Part shown: in pieces, positions 35,397-35,640 of the stretch
How positions within the stretch are numbered: position 1 is the first letter of the stretch
Layout: every line of letters begins with the position of its first letter
NCBI GenBank assembly: GCA_963977445.1
Contig: CAXBPH010000041.1
Location: 1 to 35,640, forward strand
Source of the DNA: an uncultured bacterium
GTDB lineage: Bacteria > Hydrogenedentota > Hydrogenedentia > Hydrogenedentales > JAEUWI01
DNA length: 35,640 nt
Direction of reading: 5' to 3'
Notes under the pieces: model-generated
The model's database searches: none
Told to the model about the DNA's origin: nothing
The model's input: the letters and a program-made list of their open reading frames with translations, nothing else
Program-made: the position numbers and the translations under genes

Positions 35397-35640
35397 GATG
35401 AAGGGGAATTCCAATCCAAGGTTATGGTTTCGCCCCGGTTCGCCAGGGATTGATTGGTGGCTTCCAGCAACGTCATGACTGCATGGCCCGCCACGCCATC
35501 GTTGAAGGGGGTCTTGTTCTCTTGTATACATTCGACAAAATAGGCCACTTCTTTAGCGAGGGCCTCCACATGGGGCACCACGGGCGCTGTCATGGCACCG
35601 ACCCGGGTTTCTGCAAGCAGTTGATAGCGATCTTCGGGGC
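35393..35640 (-). CDS. C-terminal part of a Gfo/Idh/MocA oxidoreductase (WbpB/WlbA-like), truncated by the window edge
   Basis: The frame stays open to the edge (PEDRYQLLAETRVGAMTAP...EALAKEVAYFVECI...PFNDGVAG..VMTLLEA), a typical family C-terminus. It precedes an acetyltransferase and an aminotransferase. Confidence 0.72.
   Translation of the reverse strand, partial: PEDRYQLLAETRVGAMTAPVVPHVEALAKEVAYFVECIQENKTPFNDGVAGHAVMTLLEATNQSLANRGETITLDWNSPSS

Noticed and set aside
30537..35531. ORF-track N-terminal extensions (31847, 33794, 35094, 35531 starts)
   Set aside because: They extend into upstream genes or intergenic DNA. Family N-termini, RBS and stop/start overlaps support 31685, 33716, 34908 and 35396.

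Overview
Bacterial genomic window, mostly moderately GC-rich. The (GE)n-linker surface protein suggests Candidatus Hydrogenedentota, but this is inference only. There are five blocks. (1) 1-7767: right end of an integrative defence island bounded by a 3' fragment of tRNA-fMet (att site). It carries the tail of a type I-like BREX operon: a GmrSD-like DUF262/HNH gene and a CoiA-like PD-(D/E)XK nuclease gene, then pglZ and an unusual brxL in which the Lon protease domain is replaced by a domain closely resembling the PLD-like C-terminal domain of eukaryotic MITD1. (2) 8457-11162: a large secreted glycoside-hydrolase-like protein. (3) 11576-16841: a more AT-rich three-gene signalling cassette (membrane histidine kinase, Rcp1-like receiver, hybrid kinase) flanked by a 50-bp direct repeat that is the 3' end of the neighbouring Gfo/Idh/MocA gene. 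(4) 16793-26291: a Tat-exported oxidoreductase, a 1326-aa surface metalloprotease/Ig-repeat protein, a TPR protein, a lipoprotein, an FmdB-like protein and mdh. (5) 26642-35640: a surface-glycosylation cluster (MBOAT, YfhO-like GT-C, two DegT aminotransferases, epimerase, polyprenyl-phosphate GT2, acetyltransferase, partial oxidoreductase). No rRNA, intact tRNA, CRISPR array, integrase or transposase was seen. All family calls come from motif recognition; no searches were run.
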